From Alphaproteobacteria bacterium (GTDB lineage Bacteria; Pseudomonadota; Alphaproteobacteria; SHVP01): 64,000 nucleotides of DNA. The translations under genes were made by a program, and so were the position numbers. The stretch covers positions 29,359 to 93,358 of the forward strand of contig CANJEJ010000002.1 in NCBI GenBank assembly GCA_947473325.1. The letters are read 5' to 3'. Positions 18,477-27,958 of this stretch are shown piece by piece (the stretch's first letter is position 1; every line of letters starts with the position of its first letter). The notes under the pieces are model-generated. The model saw only the letters and a program-made list of their open reading frames with translations, had not been told where the DNA came from and ran no database searches.

Positions 18477-20081
18477 TCAGCGCAGGCCGAGCGAACCGGG
18501 GTTCACGAGGCGCTGCGGATCGACCAGATCCTTGACCTGCTGCAGCAGCTCGCGCGTTTCCGGCTCGCGGCCCTCGAGATACGGATACATCTTGCCGATC
18601 TGCAGGTGCACGCAGCCCTGTTCCATGAACAGCCGGGCCAGGCCCTTGCGGATCTCCAGCATGGCGTTGCGCGCTTTCAGGTTTTCCGGGAACTGCTTCA
18701 GCTTGGCGTAGTGCGCCTTTTCGATCATCCGGGTGTGCAGCGAATAGTGTGAATCCGGCCAGAAGAAGGTCGGCTCGAACAGGATCGCGTTGGTGCTGAT
18801 GACGGTCATCAGGTAACCCCACTCGATCTTGTTCTCCTCGACGAGCTGCTTGCGCTCGTTGAAGAAGGCATCGATGGCGCGCAGCAGCGTCTTTGCCCGC
18901 GAATGCGGCATGATGACGTGGATCGGCACCCAGCGCTCACCCTCGGGCCCGAGCAGCCGGTTGACCGGCGCGAAGGGCATGGCGCGGACAAGCTTCGGCA
19001 TCGACGGCTCGATCTCGGTGCCGTTGAACTGCGCGACGATGGCCTTCACACGCTTGAGCGCGCTGTCGGCCACTGCCTGGTCGCGGCCCTCGACGATGAC
19101 GTGCATCGCCCAGTTGACGTCATCGGCGAAACGGCGCCCGGCAACGGCGATCTTCGCCGCGTCCTTCAGGCCGCCGAGCAGCGTCTTGCCCGACTTCACC
19201 ACGCTGCCCAGCGCCTTGAAGTCCTTGGCCAGGCCTTCGAACTTCATGCGCATCGACAGGAGATAGGGGTCGAAGCCGAAGCACTCCGAAGCAAGACCCT
19301 CACGGCTGATCTGCGACATGGCCGAGGTCATGCTCACATCGTCGGGGAAGTCGTAGGAGCCGAACAAGGCAACCTCCGGCGTCTTCACCAGGCGCAAGGA
19401 CGCCCGCACCTTGAAGCCCATGGCGCCGGTGTCGCCGAGGAAGATGCCGGCAAGGTCGGGGCCATAGGTGCGGAAGAAGGGCGACGGGTTGTGCGGCGTC
19501 GCCCACGAGCCGGTCTTGACGAGGCGCCCGTCGGCGAGCGCGATCTCAAGGCTCAGCACCGATTCGACCGCGGTGCCATGGGTAGAGGAGCCGAAGAAAA
19601 TGCTGTTCTGGCTCAGCACGCCGCCGACCGTGGCATACATGCCCGAGAAGGGTCCGAAATAGGGTGTGCGGACGCCCTTTTCCTTCAGCGCTTCGTAGAG
19701 CTGCTTCCACGTTACGCCGCATTCGACGACGACATACATGTCCTCGGTGTTGATCTCGAGGATCCTGTTCAGCCGGCGCGTGTCGACCATCACCGTGTCG
19801 GTGCGCTCGGGCGCATAACCGGCGGTATAGGACATGCCGCCGCCGCGCGCGACCACGGCCATGCCGGCGCGCGTCGCCTCGCGCACCACGGCGGCCACTT
19901 CCTCGGGCGTGCCGGGTGCTACCACCAGTTCGGCGGGTTCGGGCTTGTAGAACACGTCGGTCGAGAAGAAGGCACGTTCCTCGGCGTCGGTGATGACGTG
20001 GTCCTTGCCGACGATGCCTTCGAGAGCCTGGATCAGGGGGCGGCGATTGTCGCCCGCAGCGGGTGCGGCCGTGGGGGTCAT
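18477..20081 (-). CDS. FAD-linked oxidase (PCMH-type FAD-binding, GlcD/vanillyl-alcohol-oxidase family)
   Basis: 534 aa. N-terminal FAD-binding domain (GGGMSYTAG) and C-terminal oxidase domain. Confidence 0.85.
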   Translation of the reverse strand: MTPTAAPAAGDNRRPLIQALEGIVGKDHVITDAEERAFFSTDVFYKPEPAELVVAPGTPEEVAAVVREATRAGMAVVARGGGMSYTAGYAPERTDTVMVDTRRLNRILEINTEDMYVVVECGVTWKQLYEALKEKGVRTPYFGPFSGMYATVGGVLSQNSIFFGSSTHGTAVESVLSLEIALADGRLVKTGSWATPHNPSPFFRTYGPDLAGIFLGDTGAMGFKVRASLRLVKTPEVALFGSYDFPDDVSMTSAMSQISREGLASECFGFDPYLLSMRMKFEGLAKDFKALGSVVKSGKTLLGGLKDAAKIAVAGRRFADDVNWAMHVIVEGRDQAVADSALKRVKAIVAQFNGTEIEPSMPKLVRAMPFAPVNRLLGPEGERWVPIHVIMPHSRAKTLLRAIDAFFNERKQLVEENKIEWGYLMTVISTNAILFEPTFFWPDSHYSLHTRMIEKAHYAKLKQFPENLKARNAMLEIRKGLARLFMEQGCVHLQIGKMYPYLEGREPETRELLQQVKDLVDPQRLVNPGSLGLR

Positions 20082-20118
20082 GGGGTCCTCCGGTTGTTGG
20101 TTGGGGTCAGCTTAGGGA

Positions 20119-21267
20119 TCAGCCGATGGAGTCGTAAAGTGCGCGCACGAGCGCGACGCCGCGGGGGCCAAGGCCCGGCGTCACGCCGAACAGGCCGCCC
20201 ACATAGCCAAAGGACAGGCCGCTCTTCGGGTCGGTGAAGCCGATGCGGTGCCCGGCGCCCATATGGCCAAAGGCCTCCATGCTGGTGCCCATCGGGTGCT
20301 CGCCCGGTGTGTTGAGCTGGTAGCCGAGGGCAAAGCGGTTGTGGATGGCGAAGACCGGGTCGTCGCTTTCGATCTGGAAGCTGGTGGCCTTCTTCACCGT
20401 GTCCGCCTTCAGGATGCGCGTGCCGTCCAGCTCGCCGCCGTTGCCGAGCGCGGCGAAGAAGCGCGCGATGCCGCGTGCCGTGCCATGGCCAGAGCCCGCA
20501 CCCATCTGCGCCTTGCGGAAGGCTTCGGAATTGATGCGGTCACCGGATGCGCCGCCGCGGCTGGTCAGCGCCACGATCTCCGGCTGGCCGCGCGCCGGCG
20601 GCGGCGGATTGGGCATTGGCGCCATGACGAGATGCGCGCAGCGCGCGATCTGCGCGTCGGTCAGCGCGAAGTGGAAATCGGCATCCAGCGGGCCCGTCAC
20701 CCATTCGCGCACCAGCGGTGCGATCGTCTTGCCGGTGACGCGGCGCAGCACCTCGCCGATCAGGTAGCCGAAGGTCATGCTGTGGTAGACCGGCGTTTCG
20801 CCCACCGGGCCCACGGGCTTCTGTGCGGCGAGCGCGCGGGTGACCAGTTCCCAGTCATAGGCGTCGCCCGGCTTCAGGTCCGCGTCGATGTAGTAAAGCC
20901 CGGCCTGATGCGTGAAGAGCTGGCGGACAAGGATCTTGTCCTTGCCGTTCGCGCCGAATTCCGGCCAGTAGCGTGCAACGGGCGCGTCGAGGTCGAGCAG
21001 CCCGCGTTCCACCGCCATATGGCCGGCGGTCGCGGTGAAGGCCTTGGAGATCGAGAAGGCCGCCGCCATCGTGTCGCGCTGCCACGGCGCGCCGCTGCGC
21101 GGGTCGGCCACGCCGCCCCACAGGTCGATGATGGGCTTGCCATGCCGATAGACGGCGACCGCGGCGCCGTGCTCGTCCTGCTCCGTGAAGTTGCGGGCGA
21201 AGGCGTCCTTTACCTTGCCGAAGGCAGGATCGCAGCTGCCCTGAATCGTGATCGCAGGCGTTTCCAT
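20119..21267 (-). CDS. serine hydrolase, beta-lactamase/class-C esterase family
   Basis: ORF 20119..21345 trimmed to Met 27. SxSK (SISK) active-site motif, YxN-like and later HxG motifs. Confidence 0.8.
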   Translation of the reverse strand: METPAITIQGSCDPAFGKVKDAFARNFTEQDEHGAAVAVYRHGKPIIDLWGGVADPRSGAPWQRDTMAAAFSISKAFTATAGHMAVERGLLDLDAPVARYWPEFGANGKDKILVRQLFTHQAGLYYIDADLKPGDAYDWELVTRALAAQKPVGPVGETPVYHSMTFGYLIGEVLRRVTGKTIAPLVREWVTGPLDADFHFALTDAQIARCAHLVMAPMPNPPPPARGQPEIVALTSRGGASGDRINSEAFRKAQMGAGSGHGTARGIARFFAALGNGGELDGTRILKADTVKKATSFQIESDDPVFAIHNRFALGYQLNTPGEHPMGTSMEAFGHMGAGHRIGFTDPKSGLSFGYVGGLFGVTPGLGPRGVALVRALYDSIG

Positions 21268-21325
21268 GCCCTGTTGCTCCCTATCGCCTTTTGACGGAAC
21301 CTGACTCGCCTGAAAGGAGAAGTCC

Positions 21326-21748
21326 ATGCCGCTTGGTACCATCAATCATATCGGCCTTTCCGTGACCGATCTCGACCGGTCGGAACGGTTCTACGACCCG
21401 TTGATGGCCTTCATGGGATATTCCCGCATGCCCGCCACCCCGGGCCAGCGCAAATGGAAGAAGCGCGGCGTTGGCATCTTCCTGATCTACGAGGCGCGGC
21501 CAGAATCGCGGACCAAGGTCCATGACCGCTACGCGCCCGGCCTGCATCACCTGTGCTTCGACGCCGAAACGCGGGAGGAGGTGGACCGCCTGCATCGCGT
21601 GATGGTTGCGGCGGGAGCCCGCATTCTCGATCCACCGGCCGAATACGCCTATACACCGGGTTACTACGCCGTGTTCTTCGCCGACCCGGACGGATTGAAG
21701 CTGGAACTCTGCCACGCGCCGGCGGCCTATCTGGGCGTGCCGGGCTGA
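21326..21748 (+). CDS. VOC-family (glyoxalase/bleomycin-resistance/dioxygenase) protein
   Basis: 140 aa. HIGLSVTDLDRSERFY VOC signature. AAAGGAGA SD. Confidence 0.8.
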   Translation: MPLGTINHIGLSVTDLDRSERFYDPLMAFMGYSRMPATPGQRKWKKRGVGIFLIYEARPESRTKVHDRYAPGLHHLCFDAETREEVDRLHRVMVAAGARILDPPAEYAYTPGYYAVFFADPDGLKLELCHAPAAYLGVPG

Positions 21749-21763
21749 CGCCGGACGGACGAC

Positions 21764-22213
21764 TCAACCGGCCGTCAGGGCGCCGCTGTCGTGAAGCTGT
21801 TGCAGCTTGGCGGCATCGCCGCGCGCAGCCTGGACCATGAATTTCAGGCAGTCGCCGACGCTGATGATGCCGACGACGCGGCCTTCGTGGATGACCGGCA
21901 TGTGGCGGAAGCCGCGCGTCTGCATGGTGCGCAGCACCTCGTCGACCTGGGTTTGCGGCCGGCAGGCCACCACCTTGGTGGTCACCACCGATTCCACCCG
22001 CATGCCGTGGATCAGGTCGGCCTGGTTGGCGATCGCCTTGACGATGTCGCGTTCCGACAGAACGCCGATGAACTTGCCCTTGCCGTCGACCACCATCAGC
22101 AGGCCGATGCGGTTCTGGTAGAGCAGCTTGGCCGCCGCGACCATCGTGTCCATCGGGTCGATGGTGATGACCGGTCGGTTCTTGAGGCGGAGGATCTGGT
22201 CGATCGTGCTCAT
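21764..22213 (-). CDS. CBS-domain pair protein
   Basis: C-terminal 149 aa of ORF 21764..23344 (MSTIDQILRLKNRPV...). Two CBS motifs. The upstream part of the ORF is a shadow of the plus-strand methyltransferase. Confidence 0.8.
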   Translation of the reverse strand: MSTIDQILRLKNRPVITIDPMDTMVAAAKLLYQNRIGLLMVVDGKGKFIGVLSERDIVKAIANQADLIHGMRVESVVTTKVVACRPQTQVDEVLRTMQTRGFRHMPVIHEGRVVGIISVGDCLKFMVQAARGDAAKLQQLHDSGALTAG

Positions 22214-22393
22214 GGCTCTGCTCGTGTGACGGCGTGCCGCAGGGGGGCTGGCCGGGCAGTATAGCGAAACTGATGGCCGATGGGCCGGAATACCGGACCG
22301 GAGCCCGCGACTTGTGCCGCAGGCCTTGCCATCGGGGCAAGCGGCGATGCACCCTTTCTCCACGTTTTCCCCGGTATCAGCGAGGACCCGACC

Positions 22394-23515
22394 ATGTCCG
22401 GCCAGACCCAGCACGCCATGTTGCCCGATGCGAGCCATGATGAAGGAGCGCGGCAGGAGTTTTCCGTCACGCTGGCCGGCCATGTCGCCCGCAATGTCCA
22501 GGGCGGCACCCGCAAGATTTATGACACCAAGGTGGAGCCCGCCTTCCGCCGCAAGCAGAACCGCAAGCCCAACCGGCTCGAGGTGCGCCGCGCCCTGCTG
22601 GAGGAGCCCTACTACCAGATGTGGTCGTCGCTGAAGCGCACCACGCAGGAAATCCTCTTCGATTCGGTGGGCGAAAGCGTGGAACGGCAGCTGCCGGCGC
22701 TGATCAAGCGGGCCAAGCCATCGGGCCGGCGCAAGGGGTCGCTCACGCTCGATCCCGCGGTGAAGGTGCCGACCTATCTGTCCGCCGTCGATATCCACTG
22801 CATGCCCGGCAACTATCACGGCGAGATCGCCGCCGATGACGTCTATGCGGGCGCGCTGTTCGACCGGGGCATCTATCTCTATGGCCTCGGTGGCCTCGGC
22901 CCCGACAATGACGACATGGGGCGCAGCATCTCGCACTGGCTGAAGCGCAACCATCCCGGGTTCAAGCCGAAGCGCATCCTCGACATGGGCTGCTCGGCCG
23001 GCACCAACACGGTGGCCTGGACGCGGACCTATCCGGGCGCTGCGGTGCATGCGATCGACGTGGCGGCGCCGATGTTGCGCTATGCCCATGCGCGCGCCGA
23101 GGCCTATGGCGCGCCGATCCATTTCAGCCAGCAGAATGCCGAGAAGACGAACTTCCCGTCCGGGCATTTCGATCTCGTCTATTCGCACATCCTGACGCAT
23201 GAGACGGCGACGACCGCCTATCACAACATCATCAGGGAATGCTTCCGCCTGCTGAAGCCGGGCGGGCTGATGATCCACCAGGAAACGCAGTGGGCGACGA
23301 AGGACGAACCCTTCAACCAGGCGACGCTCGACTGGGAAACCCACTACAACGCCGAGCCCTTCAAGACGAAGCTCGACACCCTCAACCTGCAGGCCATTGC
23401 CGAGCAGGCAGGATTCAAAGCGAAGAACGTGTTCTTCCAGACGGTGCCGAGCGAACAGGCCGGCACGAAATACTATCGCGGCCAGTGGAACCTGTTCGGG
23501 GCGTGGAAGAAGTAG
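22394..23515 (+). CDS. class I SAM-dependent methyltransferase with ~170-aa N-terminal extension (paralog 1 of 3)
   Basis: ORF 22280..23515 trimmed to Met 39. ILDMGCSAGTNT motif I. Shares VDIHCMPGNYH and IHFSQQNAEKT motifs with 23560..24702 and 35483..36625. Confidence 0.75.
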   Translation: MSGQTQHAMLPDASHDEGARQEFSVTLAGHVARNVQGGTRKIYDTKVEPAFRRKQNRKPNRLEVRRALLEEPYYQMWSSLKRTTQEILFDSVGESVERQLPALIKRAKPSGRRKGSLTLDPAVKVPTYLSAVDIHCMPGNYHGEIAADDVYAGALFDRGIYLYGLGGLGPDNDDMGRSISHWLKRNHPGFKPKRILDMGCSAGTNTVAWTRTYPGAAVHAIDVAAPMLRYAHARAEAYGAPIHFSQQNAEKTNFPSGHFDLVYSHILTHETATTAYHNIIRECFRLLKPGGLMIHQETQWATKDEPFNQATLDWETHYNAEPFKTKLDTLNLQAIAEQAGFKAKNVFFQTVPSEQAGTKYYRGQWNLFGAWKK

Positions 23516-23533
23516 CCGGTTCCTCCGGGCTCT

Positions 23534-23551
23534 CTCTCCCCTAGGGGAGAG
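23534..23551. terminator. palindrome TCTCTCCCCTAGGGGAGAG between convergent methyltransferase genes; possible bidirectional terminator
   Basis: Read directly. 9-bp arms centred on CTAG. No clear T-tract, so weak. Confidence 0.35.
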
Positions 23552-23559
23552 GGAGCTGC

Positions 23560-24702
23560 TTACTTCACCGCACCATTCACATAGAGCGAATCGGCATAGG
23601 TCTTCGGCGCCGGGCCGTTGTCAGAGATCGTCAGGTCCGCATTCATCGTCGCCAACATCGGCGTCTGCGGGAAGGACTTCGCCTTGGCGAAGCCGCTTTC
23701 CACCGCCACCGACTGCAGCTCCAGCTCATGCATCGTCGTCATGAAGGGTTCGGCGTTGAACTTGGTGCCCCAGCGGTGCCAGGCCGCGTCGAACTCGTCT
23801 TTCGCGTAATACTGGCGCGATTCACAATGCGCCATCACACCGCCGGGACGCAGCAGGCGCTTCGCCTCGCGGAATATGTTGCGCAGGGCCTTGCCTGACG
23901 TCTCGTGCAGGATGATCACCGACAGCACGAGGTCGAAATGCCCGTCAGGGAAGTCGGTCTTCTCGGCATTCTGCTGGCTGAAATGGATCGGCACCCCAGC
24001 TTCCTCGGCGCGCACATGGCCCCAGCGCAGGCAGGGGGCGGCGACGTCGATGGCATGCACCTCGGCATCCGGGAAGACCTGGGCGATGCCGAAGGTGGAA
24101 TGGCCCACGGTGCAGCCCATGTCGAGAATGCGCTTCGGCTTCAGGTCAGGGAAGTTGCGCCTGACGAATTCGGCGAGGCAGGTGCCGACCTCGTCGTTGT
24201 TCCTGCCCTTGTAGGCGTGGCTTGTGATTGTGCGGTCATAGAGCGCGCCGGCATAGACGTCGTCGTCCGTCAGCTCGGTGTGGTAGTTGCCCGGCATGCA
24301 GTGGATATCGACCGCCGTCAGGTAGGCTGGCGCAGCGACCGCCGGGTTCAGGCGCAGCGATCCCGTGGTCTTGCCACGCGCCGTCCGGCGCGCCGTCTCG
24401 ATCAGGTCGGGCAACTGGCGTTCGATGACGCCGCCGGCCACCTCATACATGTCTTCCTGGGCAATGCGGCGCAGCGCGCTGCGCATGGCATAGGGCGCTG
24501 TGCTTTCCCACAGCGTCTGCAGCTCCCAGCGATCCGGCGCGCGGCCGTACTTCTTCTCGAAGGCCGGTTTCGTCGTCCGGTCATAGACCTGCCGGTGCTG
24601 CACCATCAGCGGCCCGCTGACAAACTTGCGCAGCATGGCAGAGGCACTTTCGCGCGCCCTTTCATCATGGGTGGCTGAAAACAGCGGGGTAATGGCGGCC
24701 AT
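23560..24702 (-). CDS. class I SAM-dependent methyltransferase (paralog 2 of 3)
   Basis: ORF 23560..24831 trimmed to Met 44 (MAAITPLFSATHDE...). ILDMGCTVGHST motif and other conserved blocks shared with paralogs 1 and 3. Confidence 0.75.
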   Translation of the reverse strand: MAAITPLFSATHDERARESASAMLRKFVSGPLMVQHRQVYDRTTKPAFEKKYGRAPDRWELQTLWESTAPYAMRSALRRIAQEDMYEVAGGVIERQLPDLIETARRTARGKTTGSLRLNPAVAAPAYLTAVDIHCMPGNYHTELTDDDVYAGALYDRTITSHAYKGRNNDEVGTCLAEFVRRNFPDLKPKRILDMGCTVGHSTFGIAQVFPDAEVHAIDVAAPCLRWGHVRAEEAGVPIHFSQQNAEKTDFPDGHFDLVLSVIILHETSGKALRNIFREAKRLLRPGGVMAHCESRQYYAKDEFDAAWHRWGTKFNAEPFMTTMHELELQSVAVESGFAKAKSFPQTPMLATMNADLTISDNGPAPKTYADSLYVNGAVK

Positions 24703-24842
24703 GGCAAAACACCAGAATGATGTGGGGTATTGGTTCCCAGTATGGAACAAACGGGCGGCGGATTGAACCGCCTCGCAATCCTTTGCGCACGCGCCGCCGG
24801 TCGCTACCATGCCGGTCCATTCCCGCCGCACAAGGTTCTGCC

Positions 24843-25895
24843 ATGGCCGACGTTCACAAGCGCTACATTCTCGCCGCCTATCCCGACGGCATGCCCAAGG
24901 AAAGCGACTGGAAACTGGAAACCGGGCCCGTGCCCGTACCCGGCCCGGGCGAATTCCTGGTCCGCACGGTGTTCCTTGCGCCGGAACCGCGCCTGCGCCT
25001 GATGATGAACCCGACCAATGACAGCAACCGCGCCATGCGCCCCAATGGCGGCATGACCGACATCGGCAAGATCATGCCCTGCACCATCCTGGGCGAGGTC
25101 GTGCAATCCAACGACCCGGATTACAAGCCGGGCGACGTGGTCGAGGGCTTCCTCGGCTGGCAGAACTATGCCATCGCGACGCGAAAGGGCTTCAGCGCCA
25201 AGAACAACCCGAGCGGCATCGCCAAGATGGACCTGTCGCTTGGAACCCTGTCCTCCTTCGTCAGCGTGCTCGGCATTCCCGGCCTGACAGCCCACCTGGC
25301 GCTGCGCCATGAAGGCAAGGTGAAGCCCGGCGAGACGGTGGTGGTGACCAGCGCGGCCGGCACCGTCGGCTCGGTGGCGGCGCAGCTTGCCAAGCTGGCG
25401 GGCGCGCATGTCGTCGGCCTCACCTCGACGGATGAGAAATGCGAGCACCTGATCCAGGATCTCGGCCTCGACGTCGCGATCAACTACCGCAAGGAAAAGG
25501 ACCTCGCCGCCGCCATTCGCAAGGCCTGCCCGAAAGGCGTCGACTATTACTTCGACAATGTTGGCGGCGAGATGGCGGATGTGATCAAGGCGCAGCTCAA
25601 CCCGGGTGGCCGCGTCACCCGCTGCGGCATCGTCGCCAAATACAACAAGGACACCAGCCAGTGGCGGCAGTCCGACGAGTTCGCCGGCCAGTTCACCATC
25701 CATGACCATGTCGCGGAATATGACGGCGCGCGCAAGGAACTGTCGCAGCTCGTCAAGGCCGGCAAGCTGAAATATGCCGAGGAGATCTTCGACGGCTTCG
25801 AGAAGATTCCCAGGGTCTTCATCGACCTGCTCAACGGCAAGAACACCGGCAAGTTCCTCGTGCGCTGCGCGCCGGATCCCAAAGGCACGCGGTGA
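24843..25895 (+). CDS. NADP-dependent oxidoreductase, MDR family (alkenal/enone reductase, prostaglandin-reductase/CurA-like)
   Basis: ORF 24717..25895 trimmed to Met 43. AAGTVGS nucleotide-binding motif. Confidence 0.85.
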   Translation: MADVHKRYILAAYPDGMPKESDWKLETGPVPVPGPGEFLVRTVFLAPEPRLRLMMNPTNDSNRAMRPNGGMTDIGKIMPCTILGEVVQSNDPDYKPGDVVEGFLGWQNYAIATRKGFSAKNNPSGIAKMDLSLGTLSSFVSVLGIPGLTAHLALRHEGKVKPGETVVVTSAAGTVGSVAAQLAKLAGAHVVGLTSTDEKCEHLIQDLGLDVAINYRKEKDLAAAIRKACPKGVDYYFDNVGGEMADVIKAQLNPGGRVTRCGIVAKYNKDTSQWRQSDEFAGQFTIHDHVAEYDGARKELSQLVKAGKLKYAEEIFDGFEKIPRVFIDLLNGKNTGKFLVRCAPDPKGTR

Positions 25896-27958
25896 CCGAC
25901 GCACCGAAGCCCCCGCGCGCCGAAGCGCGGGCGGGGGAGGATCCCTATGCCTGGCTGCGCGATGAACAATGGCAGGCGGTGATCGCCGACCCGGCGAAGC
26001 TGTCGCCGGCGATCCGCGCCTATCTCGAAGCCGAGAATGCCTATACCGACCTGGTGCTGGCTCCGCTTGCCAGCCTGCGCACGGCGCTCGTCGCCGAGAT
26101 GCGGGCGCGCATCAAGGAAGACGATTCGACGGTGCCGGTGCCGGACGGGCCCTTTGCCTATTATTCGCGCCATGTGCCGGGCGGGCAGCATCCGATCTTC
26201 TGCCGCAGCCCGCGCAACGGCGGCGCGGAAACGGTGCTGCTGGACGGCAATGCCGCCGCCGCGGGCCTCGCCTATTTCCGCGTCGGTTCGCTGCAGCACA
26301 GCCCGGATCATCGCCGGCTCGCCTGGACGGTCGACACGGCGGGCTCGGAAATCTTCACGCTCTATGTGCGCGATCTCGACGGCGGGGCCCTGATCGGCAC
26401 GCCGGTGACGGGCGTGCATGGCGGCAGCGTTGCCTGGGCGAATGACAATGCCACGCTGTTCTACACCCGGCTTGATGCGCAGCACCGGCCGACCAAGGTG
26501 TTCCGCCACACGGCCGGCGCGCCGGACGCCGACGTTCTCGTCTACGAGGAAAAGGACGCCGCCTTTTATCTTGGCCTGGGCAAGACCGAGAGCGAAAAGT
26601 TCATCGTCATCGGCGCGTCGAGCCACGCCAACACGTCGGAATCCTGGCTGATCGATGCCGATGCGCCGCTGGCGCCGCCGCTGCTGGTGGAGCCTCGTGC
26701 CGACGGCATCGACTATGACGTCAGCCATCGCGACGACACGCTCTATATCCGGACCAACGCGGACGGGGCGGAGGACTACAAGATCGTGACCGCCCCCGTC
26801 GCCACGCCGGGCCGGGCACAATGGCGCAACCTTGTCGCCCATCGCGAGGGCGTTCTGATCCGCGGCCTCGAGCTTTATCGCGACTGGCTGGTGCGGTCGG
26901 AGCGGGCGGACGCGCTGCCGCGCATCGTCGTGCGCCAGCTTGAGACCGGTGCCGAGCACACGATTGCCTTCGACGAGGAGGCCTATGACCTGTCGTTACA
27001 CGGCGGCATGGAATTCGCGGGCGACACGCTGCGCTTCTCCTATTCCTCGATGGCGACGCCGTCCTCGGTCTTCGACTATGCGATGGCCAGCCGGACGCGC
27101 ACCCTGCGCAAGCGCCTGGAGGTGCCAAGCGGCCACAATCCGGATGACTATGTCGTTCGCCGCATCCAGGCGCCGGCGCGCGACGGCGAAGCCGTGCCGG
27201 TCAGCATCCTCTATCGCAAGGGAACGCCGCTCGACGGCTCGGCGCCGCTCCTGCTCTATGGCTATGGCTCCTACGGCATCAGCATCCCGCCGTCATTCTC
27301 GACCAACCGGCTCTCGCTGGTCGATCGCGGCATCGTCTATGCCATCGCCCATATCCGCGGCGGCATGGACAAGGGCTTCCGCTGGTATCGCGAAGGCAAG
27401 CTGACGAAGAAGCTCAACACCTTCCACGACTTCATCGACGCGGGCGAGGCGTTGGTGGCGCAGGGCTTCACCGCGCGCGGACGCATTGCCATCCATGGCG
27501 GCAGTGCGGGCGGGCTTCTCGTGGGCGCCAGCATCAACATGCGGCCCGACCTGTTCCGCGCCGCCGTCGCCGAGGTGCCCTTCGTCGACGTGCTCGCCAC
27601 CATCTCCGATGCGACACTGCCGCTGACGCCGCCGGAATGGTCGGAATGGGGCAATCCGCTGGAAGACGCGGCGGCGCGGGCGCTGATGGCCTCCTATTCG
27701 CCCTATGACAATGTGAAGGCGCAGGCCTATCCAGACCTGCTGGCGACGGCGGGCATTTCGGATCCGCGCGTGACCTATTGGGAGCCGGCGAAGTGGATCG
27801 CCAGGCTGCGCGCCCATGACACCGGCAATGCCACCATCCTGCTCAAGACCAACATGGGCGCGGGCCATGGCGGTGCCGCCGGCCGCTTCGACCGGCTGGA
27901 AGAGGTGGCGCTCACCTATGCCTTCATCCTGCGCGCATTCGAAAAGGCCATCGCATGA
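25892..27958 (+). CDS. S9-family serine peptidase (oligopeptidase B / prolyl oligopeptidase type)
   Basis: 688 aa. N-terminal beta-propeller, C-terminal GGSAGG nucleophile motif. GTG start overlapping the previous stop (GTGA). Confidence 0.85.
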   Translation: MTDAPKPPRAEARAGEDPYAWLRDEQWQAVIADPAKLSPAIRAYLEAENAYTDLVLAPLASLRTALVAEMRARIKEDDSTVPVPDGPFAYYSRHVPGGQHPIFCRSPRNGGAETVLLDGNAAAAGLAYFRVGSLQHSPDHRRLAWTVDTAGSEIFTLYVRDLDGGALIGTPVTGVHGGSVAWANDNATLFYTRLDAQHRPTKVFRHTAGAPDADVLVYEEKDAAFYLGLGKTESEKFIVIGASSHANTSESWLIDADAPLAPPLLVEPRADGIDYDVSHRDDTLYIRTNADGAEDYKIVTAPVATPGRAQWRNLVAHREGVLIRGLELYRDWLVRSERADALPRIVVRQLETGAEHTIAFDEEAYDLSLHGGMEFAGDTLRFSYSSMATPSSVFDYAMASRTRTLRKRLEVPSGHNPDDYVVRRIQAPARDGEAVPVSILYRKGTPLDGSAPLLLYGYGSYGISIPPSFSTNRLSLVDRGIVYAIAHIRGGMDKGFRWYREGKLTKKLNTFHDFIDAGEALVAQGFTARGRIAIHGGSAGGLLVGASINMRPDLFRAAVAEVPFVDVLATISDATLPLTPPEWSEWGNPLEDAAARALMASYSPYDNVKAQAYPDLLATAGISDPRVTYWEPAKWIARLRAHDTGNATILLKTNMGAGHGGAAGRFDRLEEVALTYAFILRAFEKAIA

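Noticed and set aside
22214-23344. Upstream 377-aa extension of ORF 21764..23344 (and similarly the 255-aa extension of 14809..16752)
   Set aside because: Only the C-terminal parts have real domains (CBS pair; ACAD-fold oxygenase). The extensions overlap well-supported genes on the other strand and read as low-complexity Arg-rich sequence.
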